A stretch of DNA of 64,000 bases, taken from NCBI GenBank assembly GCA_010909165.1, contig MU008182.1, positions 248,001-312,000 on the forward strand, in the 5' to 3' direction. The position numbers and the translations under genes were made by a program. The notes under the pieces were generated by a model. It worked only from the letters and a program-made list of their open reading frames with translations. It was not told where the DNA came from and did no database searches. The number at the start of each line of letters is the position of its first letter. Positions within the stretch are counted from its first letter, which is position 1. This DNA comes from Anthoceros angustus (lineage: Eukaryota > Plantae > Anthocerotophyta). This document shows, in pieces, positions 24,039 to 36,824 of this stretch.

Positions 24039-27000
24039 TGTTGAGGAAGCAGCTTACTGAGTTTGTTAAGATGGATATGTCTATGCGTAAAAGATGTAGG
24101 TGATTGAGCTTACTAGTATAGAGAAGTGGGTAAATGGGAAACATATACCCCATATTGAGTAGGAAACGTGAGTGACACTTTTAGGGTTTAAAAGGGTGAG
24201 ACCAGCTAGCTATAGTAGGTTCAGCTCTTTGACTATCTTTGTGTGTTTGCTCAAAGTTGCTCTTCATTTGTGTTTTAAGGCCTCGTTTAGGTGGTCTTAG
24301 CTTTGTAATTCTGAACACTTGCTTTCTTGACACTTCTGACCCTCTTGAAGCATGGCTAGCTTCCAATCTCAACAGGTTATGGGCCCACACACCCAAGGCA
24401 TGGTGACACTACAAGTCATTTCCAAATTTGGTGGTAACAACTTCAACTTGTGGAAGTTCAAGATGCAGATGCTGTTGGCCGAGAAAGGCTTGTGGGGGAT
24501 AGTGTTAGGATAGTGTTAGGAACTGAACAGCGCCCTATAGAAGTGGAGGGACAATCCAAGTGGGACGAGAATGCAAGCAAAGCTTTTGCAACCATTTGCT
24601 TCAATTTGGAAGATGCACAACTAATGCATGTGACTTCTTGTAAGACTGCAAGGAAGCTTGGCAAAAGCTGATGAGAACAAGAGCCTTGTGAACCGCTTGT
24701 TTTTGAGGAGAAGGTTCTTCACTCTTCAAATGGGTGAGAATGATAGTGTCATTGAGCATGTAGACAAAGTGAGGAGTTTGTCACAACAATTAGCAGCTGT
24801 TGGAGCCCCTGCGTCGATGATGACTTGGTGATGACTCTTCTTGCAAGTCTTCGATCATACAACAACTTGATCGTGGCTTTGGAGTCAAGAATAGAGACTT
24901 TGACTTTTGAGATTCTTGTGAGCAGACTCTTACATGAAGAGACAAAAAGAAGAGAAAAGGGGAAGATATATGAGGAATCAGCTTTTGTGGCCAAAAGCCT
25001 CAGGAAGAACACTCAAGTTCCATCAAGCTAGGGGAAGGTCCTTCTCAATCTGTAGGAGGATATAGAAGGTCCAACATAACTTGCAACTACTATGGCAAGG
25101 TTGGACACATTGCGAGGAACTGTTTCAAGAAGCAAAGGGACGAGAAAGCAAGACCTCAAAGCAACTGTGCTGAAGACTTTGATGAGGCCTTTGTGAGTAC
25201 ACATCACCACTCAAATGAAGCTGACAGGTGGTATATCGATTCAGAGCTTGAGCATATGACCAATAGGCGTGAATGGTTTCACTCTTCAAACCCTCCTAAC
25301 ATTTACTTGGTGATAATTCAGCTCAAAAATGAGGAGAAGGAGTTGTATTTCTAACCATGACCACTCCTAAAGGGCCTATTTGTGGAATGTTAAAGAAGGT
25401 CCTCTATGTGCCAGGCCTGAGCAACAAACCTCTTCTCCGTTAGCGCGGCTACCTCTCAAGGGTTGAGAGTAAGATTTGAGGAAGCTGGAGTGACCTTCAC
25501 GAATGCAAAAGAAGAAGTGAGAGCACAAGGAGTGAAGGTTGGAAAGATGTATTGTTTAAGTGGGAGTACTGTGGTGCCAAGCTCAAGAATGGAGGCAAAT
25601 GTGGTACAAGAGCACAACAACAAGCTACTATTGTGGCACCAAAGATTGGGACATCTTGGAGTTCAAAACATCAAGCTCATGGAGAAAAGATGGTAAGAGG
25701 ACTTGAGCTTGGAGAGGAGGAAGATATAGGTATTTATAGAGGTTGCATGATGGGAAAGCAACATCGATTTCCATTTCCAAAGGGAGGAAGTAGAGCTAAC
25801 CATGTGCTAGATTTGATTCACTCAGACATCTGGCCCCATGAAGACCACATCTCTAGGAGGGGCCAAGTATTTCCTCACTTTCACAGATGACAAGTCAAGG
25901 TATACCAAGGTTTACTTCCTCAAATCCAAGGATGCTGTTTATCCAAGTTCAAGGAGTATAAAGCACTTGTGGAGAATCAAATTGGTAGAAAGATAAAAGT
26001 TTTAAGGAGTGACAATGGAGGTGAGTATATGTCCAAGGATTTCAAAACTTTTGCAAGGAGCACGGAATCATGCAACAATTTTGTTACACTCCTCAGCAAA
26101 ATAGAGTTGCGGAAAGGAAAAATAGAACTTTGGTAGAATGTGCTATGAGCATGCTTCATCATCAATAATTGGGCTATGAGTTTTGGGGGGAAGCCATTAC
26201 AACTGCTGTCTACCTAACTAATAGAAGAGCAAGTGCTAATGATCACTAGAGGATATGACACTGGAGGAATGCTGGTTAGGGAAGAAGCCTTCTATTGCTC
26301 ACTTGCATGTGTTTGGGTGTAGAGCCTTTGCACATAAACCCAAAGAAGTCAGGAGAAAGCTCGAAGGGAAGGCATTGGAGTGCATTTTTGTGGGCTATGA
26401 TATTGATAGAAAGGCCTATAGATTGTATGATAAGGCACCTAGGTGCATCATCATAAGTAGAGATGTGGTTTTGATGAGGGACTATAGATGAGAAATTTCC
26501 TATTGTTGATGCTCATGAGGTTGTGATACCTCAAGAACCAATTGGAAAAGACATTCCATTGATGGGAATGAAATGATCCCTAGCGAGGAAACAATGAGGA
26601 AGAACCCTTGAGAGAAGAAATTCTTCCTCCAGGAGATATCCAACAAGGGTCGTCCACCAAGAGATTGGAGAGAAGGACCAGAGTTTGCATCCATTGCTAT
26701 GGAATATGGGAGGGAACCAAGAACGATAGCTGAAGCACTACAAGGAAGGATGCAAAGCAATGGAAAGAAGCTATGGATGATGAGATGAAGTCGTTGAAGA
26801 AGAATGACACTTGGGTGTTAACCTCCTTGCCTGCAGGAAGGAATGCTATTGGGAGCAAATGGGTGTTTAGAATCAAGAGAGATTCTAATGGTCAGATTGA
26901 GAGATATAAGGCAAGATTGGTGGTGAAGGATATAGCCAAGAACAAGGCATCGATTACAATGAGACCTTTGCTCCAAGGCCAAATTTGTGTCAATAAGGAC

Positions 27001-27965
27001 TTTACTTGCGGTGGAGCAATTGATGATTTGGAGATTCATCAAATGGATGTAAAACTGCATTTCTCAATGGAGATTGGAGGAAGACATTTATGGAGCAACC
27101 TGAAGGGTATATCGAAAAAGGCAATGAGAGTTTGGTGTGCAAATTCAAGAAAGCTCTCTATGGATTGAAGCAAGGGTCTAGAGCTTGGTATGAGAAGATC
27201 AATGCCTTCTTAAAGGAGCAAGGATTTCAACAATGCACATCTGATGAGAGCATCTACATATCCAAAGTTCTCCAATCTATGGTTATTCTAGCCATATACG
27301 TGGATGACCTCATTTTGTTGAGCGCATCTATAGATGCCATCAATGAGGTAAAGGAGATGTTGTCAAGACAATTTGAAATGAAGGACTTGGGGGAGCTCAA
27401 CTATTGCCTTGGCATTCAAGTGGTTAGAGACAGGGTGAGGAGAACAATCAAGCTTGGACAACAGAAGTACATTGAGGAACTCTTGGATCGTTTTGGAATG
27501 ATGGTGATTGCAGGCCAATTGCAACACCTCTCAGTTTAGATATGAGGCTTAGCAAAGACCAATGTCCTGCAAGCAATCACGAGGAGGAGGAGATGAAGAA
27601 CATTCCTTACGGACAAAAGCTGGGTAGTTTGATGTTTGCCATGGTTGCAACTCGTCCAGATCTTGGGAAAGCTCTAGGTGTTGTGAGCCAATATATGCAA
27701 AATCCTGGAAAGCCACATTGGATTGCAGTGAAGAGAATAATGAGGTACTTGAAAGGCACACATGGCATGTACCTTGAGTTCTCTGCTTCAAATGAAGGAC
27801 ACGTACTGTTTGGATATTGTGACTCGGATTGGGGGAGCGATCTTGATGATAGGAGGTCCACAACCGGATATGTTTTTATCCTAGGGGGAGGTGCCATCAG
27901 TTGGAATAGCAAAAAGCAACCAACTGTTGCAATGTCTATGGTGGAGGTTGAGTATATGGTATCCA
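24039..27965 (+). mobile_element. Copia-A, near-complete and 3'-truncated (5' LTR 24039-24374, PBS 24375-24388)
   Basis: gag, protease, integrase (LWHQRLGH, LRSDNGGEY), RT (SKWVFRIK, YVDDL), RNase H (YCDSDWG); ends within RNase H. Confidence 0.93.
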
Positions 27966-27969
27966 CCAA

Positions 27970-28065
27970 CTGGGGCCTAGGGCCTGGGGTCTAGGCGCGA
28001 GGCGCGATGCTAGAGGCGCAAGGCTAGGCTAGGCGAGGCGCGAGGCTAGGCACGAGGCTAGGCCC
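27970..28065. repeat. GC-rich low-complexity tract (GGCGCGA / GGCTA units)
   Basis: Seen directly at the Copia-A break. Confidence 0.7.
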
Positions 28066-28069
28066 TTGG

Positions 28070-28745
28070 TTCACAAACACCTTATGAAATTCTGGAAATG
28101 GAAACTTAGTTTGCTGCACCTTAGAGTGTTTGGCTCATGAGCATATGCATACATACCTGCTGAGAAACGTCGAAAGCTTGACAACAGGTCTAGACGTTTG
28201 CTATTTGTTGGATACAGTGAACACGTGAAGGCTTACAAACTGATTGACCACCATATTAGTTCTTTTCGAATGGCAAGATCCCACGTTGAAGCTGCTTCCA
28301 ACTCCAAACTCTCTAAGTTAACATGTTTTATTGTATTATTATCCTCATTACCACCCTCCTATAGATCATTTCTGACAATTCAAAATGCTCTCTTGAGAAT
28401 AGCCCAAAAGAACATTGACAAGTATGGTACACAAGATACCTTGGATACAAGTGTAAATGAGTTGATTGGAGCATTAATACAGGAGGAGCCAAGTCGACGT
28501 CATGATTCCCGACCTAGCCGACAACAGGTGATGTATACAGGAAGAGGCAGAGGAAGAGGTTGCGGTCGAGGCCGTGTCAATGGACCTCCTTCTACTCGGA
28601 CTGCCAATTCCTCACAAAGCTTTCCCAATGGAGCTTCTTTGTCTTCTTCCATTCTTCAGAAGACTGGAATTATTTGCAATTGGTGCAGAATACCAAACCA
28701 AATAGAGAAGGACTGCAGAAAGAAGAAAATTCCTGCACTGCTTCG
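28070..28745 (+). mobile_element. Chimeric copia fragment: integrase tail fused in frame to Copia-B-type gag
   Basis: LFVGYSEHVKAYKL joined to HHISSFRMARS..CNWCRIPN. Confidence 0.8.
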
Positions 28746-29319
28746 AAAATCAAACAATCCCCGACCTACAACGACATGACACGGTCATAGGTCCTGCCCC
28801 TATGAAGGTAAGCTCACAGTGGGCGCCCAAGGACCCCCTGGTTTGCGGTGCGGTTTCGCTATCTCCGCAGGGCCCGAGTCCCCTTACTACTGGAGCCAAA
28901 TTTTGTTGCAGATTTGGAACCCCTCCCTTAGGCCCTAGCATTCTTCTCTGGCACGTAGTTTACTATGAGTACGTAGGTATGTGTGCATGTGAATCAGTAC
29001 GCATGTACATTCTTGGAGTCTAGATGATTGTCATCAACGTCCGGCCAAACTATGTGGTCAAAACCTGAGCATGGGCCTGAATGCATCCAGGCCTAGGGCA
29101 CCCAAGCTCAAAGCTTAATTTTGTCCTTGCACTTGTGTTGCTGCATGCTGCATTACCGGTTTGGTCTGCCTGGCCAAAATAAGTATACATATTCAGGCCA
29201 CAGGATGATCCTTCGTAGCAACCTTGGGTGTGCGCTAGATACATGCACAGACTATGCAGTACTAGTCTAGAGCGCGAACAACAATTGCAAGGCAAGCCAC
29301 ATAGCCACAGGCTGCAGGT

Positions 29320-30055
29320 TATGGTGATGATTCTTCTTGCAAGTCTTCCAGAGTCATACAACAACTTGATTGTGGCTTTGGAGTCAAGAATAGAGACCTT
29401 GACTTTTGAGATTCTTGTGATCAGACTCTTACATGAAGATGTTGAGATTGGAAGCTAGCCATGGTTCAAGAGGGTCAGAAGTGTCAAGAAAGCAAGTGTT
29501 CAGAATTGCAAAACTAAGACCACCTAAACGAGGCCTTAAAACACAAATGAAGAGCAACTTTGAGCAAACAACAATAGTCAAAGAGCTGAACCTGCTATAG
29601 CTAGCTGGTCTCACCCCTTTTTAAACCCCAAAAAGTGTCACTCACGTTTCCTGCTCAATATGGGGTATATGTTTCCCATTTACCCACTTCTATATACTTA
29701 TAGTAAGCTCAATCACCTTCATCTTTTACGCATAGACATATCCATCTTAACAAACTCAGTAAGTGCTTCCTCAACACTCCCACTCAGCGCACCTGAGTTT
29801 GCCTTTATCCAACTGCCTCTCTACACTTCTCAAACTTGAACTTGCTCAAAGCCTTGGTCAAGAAATCTGCAGCCATATCCTCCGTTTTGAAACACTCAAA
29901 TGTAACCTCCAACGATTTCACCCTTTCACGAACAAAGTGATGTTGGATATCAATATGCTTTGTCCTTGAGTGGTGTGGTTCTTGATCAATGCCATGCTTC
30001 CCTGGTTGTCACTTTGAAGAACAGTTATTGCACTTGTTGATACCCAATTTCTTCC
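29320..30055 (-). mobile_element. Copia-A gag scrap (+, 29320-29439) abutting a Copia-A 3' LTR (-, 29440-29776), PPT and RNase H end
   Basis: LTR matches 8415-8757; the gag scrap matches ~24825-24940. Confidence 0.9.
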
Positions 30056-30489
30056 TTTCGCCTTATTTTCTACTCCGCACCTACGAAAAAAAAAACCTAA
30101 CTCATTTCCTACCCCCGGGGAGAGTCCATGGTCCACATACTCCCCTTCTCATTTGTTGGCGTCTCCACCAACACTAGGCATGGTACTTCTTCACCCGCCA
30201 CCCGCTTACGGGTGGCAGCACCGCCATCCGTTTTGCGGTAACGGACTCCATTCTCGTATACCTGCACCACCTGGTAAGGTCCCATCCACCGCAAGTGAAG
30301 CTTGCCCGGAAAGTGCATATGGCGATTGTCGTAAAGAAGGGCCAGATCTCCCGGGAGCCCTTCACATACTCCTGGTTTTGGAGTCGTCGGTCGTGCCATA
30401 GCTTGCGTTGATTTTGTACCAGCTGCATCCTGTGCTGCGCCTCCTCCCGTCCCTCCGTATGCTGGACAAACCCTAGCAGCCGTTCCAGT

Positions 30490-31015
30490 TGGCTTTCCGA
30501 TTTTGCATATATTGGCTCACAACTCCTAGAGTTTTCCCAAGATCTGGACGAGTTGCAACCATGGCAAACATCAAACTGCCCATTGCTTGTCTATAAGGAA
30601 TGTTCTTCATCTCCTCCTCCTCGTGATTGCTTGCAGGACATTGGTCTTTGCTAAACCTCATATCTAAACAGAGAGGCGTTGCAATTGACCTGCAATTAGT
30701 CATTCCAAAACGATCCAAGAGTTCCTCAATGTACTTTTATTGTCCAAGCTTAATTGTTCTCCTCACCCTGTCTCTAACCACTTGAATGCCAAGGCAATAG
30801 TTGAGCTCCCCCAAGTCCTTCATTTCAAATTGTCTTGACAACATCTCCTTTACCTCATTGATGGCATCTATAGATGCGCTCAACAAAATGAGGTCATCCA
30901 CGTATATGGCTAGAATAACCATAGATTGGAGAACTTTGGATATGTAGATGCTCTCATCAGATGTGCATTGTTGAAATCCTTGCTCCTTTAAGAAGGCATT
31001 GATCTTCTCATAACC
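30490..31015 (-). mobile_element. Copia-A RT patch inside the gypsy integrase
   Basis: Matches 9245-9755 and 27190-27715; contains YVDDL. Confidence 0.9.
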
Positions 31016-34000
31016 CATTGGCCTTGGGTTGTATGATGTCGCTTTGCGATGAGTTATCGAAATAGTCCGTCATTGCAGCTATCATCATTGAGGAAATGAG
31101 TCCCCCTATCGCTTACCAACTGCAACGGACATCCATACCGCGTGATGATGTTTTCGTAGAGGAACTTTGCTACCGTGCTTGCAGAGTCCGTTCTTGTTGC
31201 CACTGCTTCCACCCACCTGGTGCAGTAGTCCGTTGCCACCAGGATGTACCTCTTCTGTGTGTGCTTCGTCGTAGGCTGTATAGGTCCAACAAAGTCGATA
31301 CCCCATTTTTCCAACGGCACTGGTGTCAGTATGGGCACCAACGGCCATTGGGTTGTTGGGGTAGGCTTCCCGATCCGCTGACAAGCATCACATCGCTTCA
31401 CGAACTGGTGTGTTTCCCCATACATAGTTGGCCACCAGTATCCGGCCTCCAAGATTTTCTTGGTGGACGCTCCCTTGTTGGATATCTCCTCGGAGGAAGA
31501 ATTTCTTCCTCAAGGGTTCTTCCTCATTGTTTCCTCGCTAGGATCATTTCATTCCATCAATCGGAATGATGTCTTTTCAATTGGTTCTTGAGGTATCTCA
31601 GATTCCACGCCCGTCCGGTCCCACCTTGAAGACGCATCCGTTGTACATCCTAAAAGGTCGAGCGTAGTGTACAAAGGCCTGTTGCTGGGCACGGTTCAAT
31701 CCGCTTGGCATCTCCATCTCCCCCAGTCGCTCGGCTCACGAGGTGGGCCGTCCCTCGTCCGCTCCCTTCTCGTTTACCGCACGCAGGTCGCTGTCCACAA
31801 GCTTGGGGTTCTTGATGTCCTCACTGCGCCTCCGTGGCCACAGGTCCCTCGTCGAAGGCGTCCTCGATTCCAGCGGGGCCGGCTCCATCTTCAATCTCGG
31901 CAGAACAGTGTTGGTGTTGCCGCCCTTGCCTGGTCTCCACCTCAAAGGTGAACTCCTGTAGTAACAGAATCCACCTCGCAATTTGTCCGGACAGGTCCGC
32001 TTTATTCACGAGATGTTTGAGCGCGAAGTGATCCACATAGAACACAAACTCATGTGAGAGGTAGTGCCCAATTTCTTGATCACAGACACCATGCCCGGCC
32101 TCGCCCGTAGTAGTGTACCTCCGTTCCGCATGCGTGAGCTGCCCAGCGTAGTAGATCGGATGATCCCTCCGCTTGTCGCCCTTTGGCCAAGCACTACTCC
32201 GATGGCGAATGCCGACACATCCACGTATACGTGAAACCACTTACCCCAATCCGGACCCTTCAATACTGGAGCACTTATCAGGGTGGTCTGTAGATCCCTG
32301 AATGCCGCCTCCCTTTCTGGTGTCCAGGCCCACTCCTCCTCCTTCCGGAGTAACTCCGTTAGCTTGGCAGCCCGCTTTGCGAAGTCCTGGATGAACCGCC
32401 TGTAATAACCCACCATGCCCAAGAATCCCCGCAACTCCTTCAGATTTGTGGGCGGCTGCAGGGACTGAATGACCCGGACTTTGTCTTGGTCCACCTCTAT
32501 CCCTCGCGCCGACACACAGTGTCCCAACAGGATTCCCTCCGTCATACCGAAGTAGCATTTCTCCGGATGTAAGCATAGCTGGGTTTCATTACATCGCTCC
32601 AAGCACTTCCGCAGGTGCCCAACGTGCTTGTCCTCTTCTCCGTGCACACAAAAGTCGTCCAGAATACTCCATGAAGTCTCTTAGGAAATCCCGGAAGACG
32701 TTGGTCACCATCCGCATGAATGAACCCGGCGCTCCTGTCATCCCAAAGGCGCTTCTCTTGTAAGCGAACGTCCCCCACTCCGTGGTGAATGTTGTCTTAT
32801 CCCAGTCCGACTCCCTTAGGTGCAGTTGGTTGTAGCCGGAGTATCCATCTAAGAAGGAGTAAGTACTACGTCCTGCCACCTTGTCCAGGATGTCATCCAC
32901 GAAGGGCATGGGGAAGTGGTCCTTCTCGGTGGCTGCATTGAGCTTCCTCCAATCCTGGCAGACGCGGATCTGTCCTTGCTGTTTCTTGGGCACCACGACA
33001 ATGGGTGCTACCCATTCGCTGTTCACGATTGGAAAGATGATGTCCGCCTCCAAATATTTGTCCAGGACCTCCTTGACCTTCAGCGAGTGTTTAGGATTCA
33101 GTTTATACTGTCGAATCCGAACAGGCACCGCACCCGGCTTTAGGTCTATCCGGTGTTCTCCCCACTGTTTTGGAATGCCCTTCATATCCGTGACCTTGAA
33201 GGCAAACACCTCGCTGAACTCCCCCAACAGTTGTGTGAGGTCTCGCTTCAACTCCGCTGGCATACCCTTACGGAATTTTAGGGACTTGCCAGGTCGGACC
33301 TCCACATCTTCCACATCGTCCGGATTGACTGTCTCCCTTTCCCTCGCAGCTTCGCTCCGTCCAAAACCGTCATCCTCCATCCGAGGTTCATCCTCCCGCA
33401 TTCCCCACTCTCGGAAAAGCTCGTCCGAAGTAAAACGGGTCACTTCCTCCGGCTCCGCCCTTTCGACGTCCGGTGGGCCCTCTTCGTGCCCTCGCCCCTC
33501 GACTTGGCACGGCCTCCACCTGGAAACAGTTGACGACCTCCGCTCCAAAGGCGTCCCTCCTGTAGTCCATCTCCTCCTCGGACCACGAGATTTTTGTAAA
33601 GGGGTAGGCGTCGTCTGTGTCCTCCCGTTCATCGTTCCCACTGTCCTCAGCGGATGTGTACCCCTCCGTGGTGCTTATGGTTTCTCCGCAGTATGTGTCC
33701 TTGCTCCAAGTGATCGCTACTCGCCCTTCCCTTACCTTCGGATCCCAGTCGATTGGTTTAAAATGGATCTCCTTCCTTCCGAAGTGTAGTTTTGTCTGAG
33801 CGAGTCCGAGCTGTGACGCCCAACAGACTCAGACTCCTGTGAGGTCCAGGGCTTGATGACCACAAAGTCCAAGTGTAGGGGGCCCCGCTATGGTTGCTTG
33901 GACTCCGGACAGCTCTCCTGCCGGCGGGCGTCTCGACATGTCCGCCATCACGAGTTTTGGTGGATGGCTCAAATGTGGAACCCAACCTCACGTGGCTTCC

Positions 34001-35915
34001 GTGATGAGGTTGACTCCGATCCCGTGTCCGGCGTTTTGATCACGCACCCAGATTTCCAGAACCACCGGCCTCCGGTCTCAGTGGGATACCACCCTTACCT
34101 CCATTGGTTTGGTCTTACGACCCGCGGCTTTTCGGCGTGGTTGTGTCTCCTTAATGACCCTCGGGACTTCCTTGTACCAATTGTCTCTTGAACAGCGACA
34201 CGGGTCTTGGTTCATCATCAAGTCGGCCACCTTGAGCAGCGCGTGGGCAGCTCACCGTTGTCGTGTAATGTGCAATTCTCCCACCCGCCTCGGCGTGGCG
34301 GACCACCTCCGGGTCCTGCCGGATCTCCTCCTGAAGCATCTCCGTCACCTCACGAACCACATCCGGCGGAAACTGGGGTGTTACCTTGGGTGGGTCCATT
34401 CCTTTTGTTACCGCCTCAGGAAGTTTCTCCTCGGGTGATTCCTCCGCAGAGTTGCCCGATCCAACTCGCCTTCCTTGGCTGGCTCTCCCTCCTTTGCGGG
34501 AGCACCCTCCTCCGTATCCGTGGTGCTCTCTCCATTCTTCTTCCTCTTCAGCTGCCTTCTCTCCTTTCGCTCCTTCCTGCGACTTCGGGTTAACACCTCC
34601 AGCACCTCTAGACCCACCTCCAGACCCACCTCCTCTTCCTTAGAGTAACCGCTTCTTGCCACTCCGTCCCAAGTCCCCTCGGTGCCTCACTCCGCCCACT
34701 GTGCATCTTCAATCACATGGCGGCCTTGGGGAGGGGTGTGGAGCAGGCTCCCAGCCGGGTGGTGGCCTTGCGTCCTTGGCGAGGTTCGGACACGAATCTT
34801 GCCGCCATATGTCCCGCCTCCAATCCCCACCATTCAAATCTCCGTTACCTTGCCCGGTGGGGTATGGGCAGGCGTTGGAGTAATGCCCGGGATTCCCACA
34901 GTTCCAGCAGACCACCGCCGCCCGAAGAATCCCCGGAGGTGCTCCCATGCGGGGTTGCATCGGAGGGCGGTGCATGGATGGTCTGGCCGCCGTAGGATAC
35001 ATCGTTTTTGGATATCGCGGCCCCGGAGGTGCTTCCTGCACCTGGTAAGCGTCCTCCCACTGCTCCTCGGACTCTTCCCCGTAGTCGTACTCTACTTGGT
35101 TCACGGGTCTAAAGGGGCAGTTAGCCTTTGAATGCCCATGCTGGTGGCACACCGCGTACCATAAATGGGTCCGGACCGTGGTGGCCGCCTTCCGCCGCTC
35201 ACGATCCTTCACCTGGTTGATCGTTAACTCTTCCACCCTCTTCATTACCGCTCCAAGTCTCTTCCTCAAACCCGCCCACTTCTTTTAAGGGGTCGGATCA
35301 GTGAGCCTCGGAGCATGATCACGACCCTCGGCCTCCTTAGTCTAGACTCCCTCTTCCTCTTATTTCATCCCCGCCTCTTCTTTTCTTCTTCCCTCCTTGA
35401 GGCGCCCTCGTCCTTCGTTGGTGCATCGATTCTTAGTAGTTCTCCACTCGGACGCCTTACTCACATCCTTCTCCGAAAGCAGCAGACATGCTTAGCCATT
35501 GGTTTAGGTAGGCCGCCAACCATCATAGCTTCCTCTTTAACGCTCCTAGTTAACAATAGTCCTAGCTACAAGCAATCCTCCACGAAGGTTTCCGCATCGC
35601 GTTCCTTCTTTCCCCCAAAGAGGGAGTATGCTTGTTTTGTCGACGTCGTCGCCATCGCCGCAGCCAGCAGTGGTTGAGGAACCGTCCCCCTTACAGCCGC
35701 TGACTTTGTACTACGTCCTCCTCACGGTCCGACAAATCTACCGTGCTTACCTGCCGGCTGGAACTCTCACGTTGAGCTTGCCGCCGCTCGCGTTCCCGAG
35801 CTCTGAGTGCTCTGGCGGTTACAACGTCCGGCTCACTCAGCAATTCGTTCTTAACTACCTCACGTCCTCTACGCATTCAACCTTACCTCCACACTATGCT
35901 ACGGAACGATTTCAT

Positions 35916-35933
35916 TCCCCGGCAACGGCGCCA
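35916..35933 (-). other. Primer-binding site for tRNA-Asp (Athila type)
   Basis: TGGCGCCGTTGCCGGGGA, a few T's from the LTR end ...CCACA. Confidence 0.9.
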
Positions 35934-35936
35934 AAA

Positions 35937-36824
35937 TGTGGCGCGACTTTTGCTGACGGCCAGCCGGGCGTGCACAATCCCGTGTTGTTGTAGTAAGGAG
36001 TCCGCTCCGAAGAGAATGATAGGCTCCGTTTGCCACGTTTCAATCGTTTCTCACCTCAACGTCGTGTCCGTTTCAGACTCAAACACAGGCGTTCACCGTT
36101 TTACGACTAACTACTCGTAACGTTCACCGAACAGGCCTTGCATGGCCAAACATTTAAGGACTCATTCGCTCAGACTATCTCCACCCCACTGCTCTTCTAG
36201 TCCGTTCTTCTCACCACTCGCCACTCATCGTTCTTGGGAAAAGGCGGGTGGGCTGCGTGGTCCGGACATCCTCCTCCGCTGGCCTCCGTCCGGGCTCTAC
36301 ACGCCTCCGAGTTCCTCCGCCACACTGCTCCGGCCCGCCAACGCCGGTCCGGCCTGACGAGCAAGGGTCTCCGATCGTTTGCCCTGCACACACCACCACA
36401 CGTTAGGGTCCGTCACCAGGACCTTGATCAATCCTTCCGGAGCTGTCGTGCTTGCTCAGTGACTCAGGACTCACGTTTAGCAAGAAGACGCACAAAGGTC
36501 TGCAAGGAAACGCGGTATCCGCACCAAGAGAAAGATACTTTACTAGGGCTGCTCCCGCCCTCTTATACTACGCCCAAGGTCGGCGTCTTTATTACACTCC
36601 TATTATGAGCTGATGGCCAGCTCAGTGGGCCCTTGCCTACTATTTCCCTTATTCCGCCTATCTATGCCCTGGGCAGGGTTGCTCCCGGTTCCTTGGTCAG
36701 CCCAACCCCTAGCTCACAATCGCGCTGGGTGCACCCAATCGGATGATCGCGAGGCGGGCCCCTACCTTCCCGAGACTCCTGCCGAGCTGAGCCATCGGCG
36801 CGGCCCGACAACGGCTCACCACCA
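35937..36824 (-). repeat. LTR of Athila-like family 2 (~890 bp), with a PBS on one side and a PPT (36825-36843) on the other
   Basis: TG(G)TGG...CCACA termini; TATA ~36563; purine tract GGAGGGGAGGAGGAGG. Confidence 0.8.

Larger units (their letters stand above)
30047..35936 (-). mobile_element. Athila-like gypsy family 2 gag-pol (gag ATG ~35655), interrupted by Copia-A patches
   Basis: CWNCGNPGHYSNAC; DTGS protease; RT FLDGYSGYNQ; RNase H; integrase KWGIDFVGP, LVSDRGTHF; GPY motif at ~30280. No chromodomain or additional RNase H seen. Confidence 0.9.

Noticed and set aside
32881-33789. 302-aa antisense ORF (also 10651..11274, 11651..12283, 57745..58542)
   Set aside because: Shadow frames opposite GC-rich real ORFs; no motifs.
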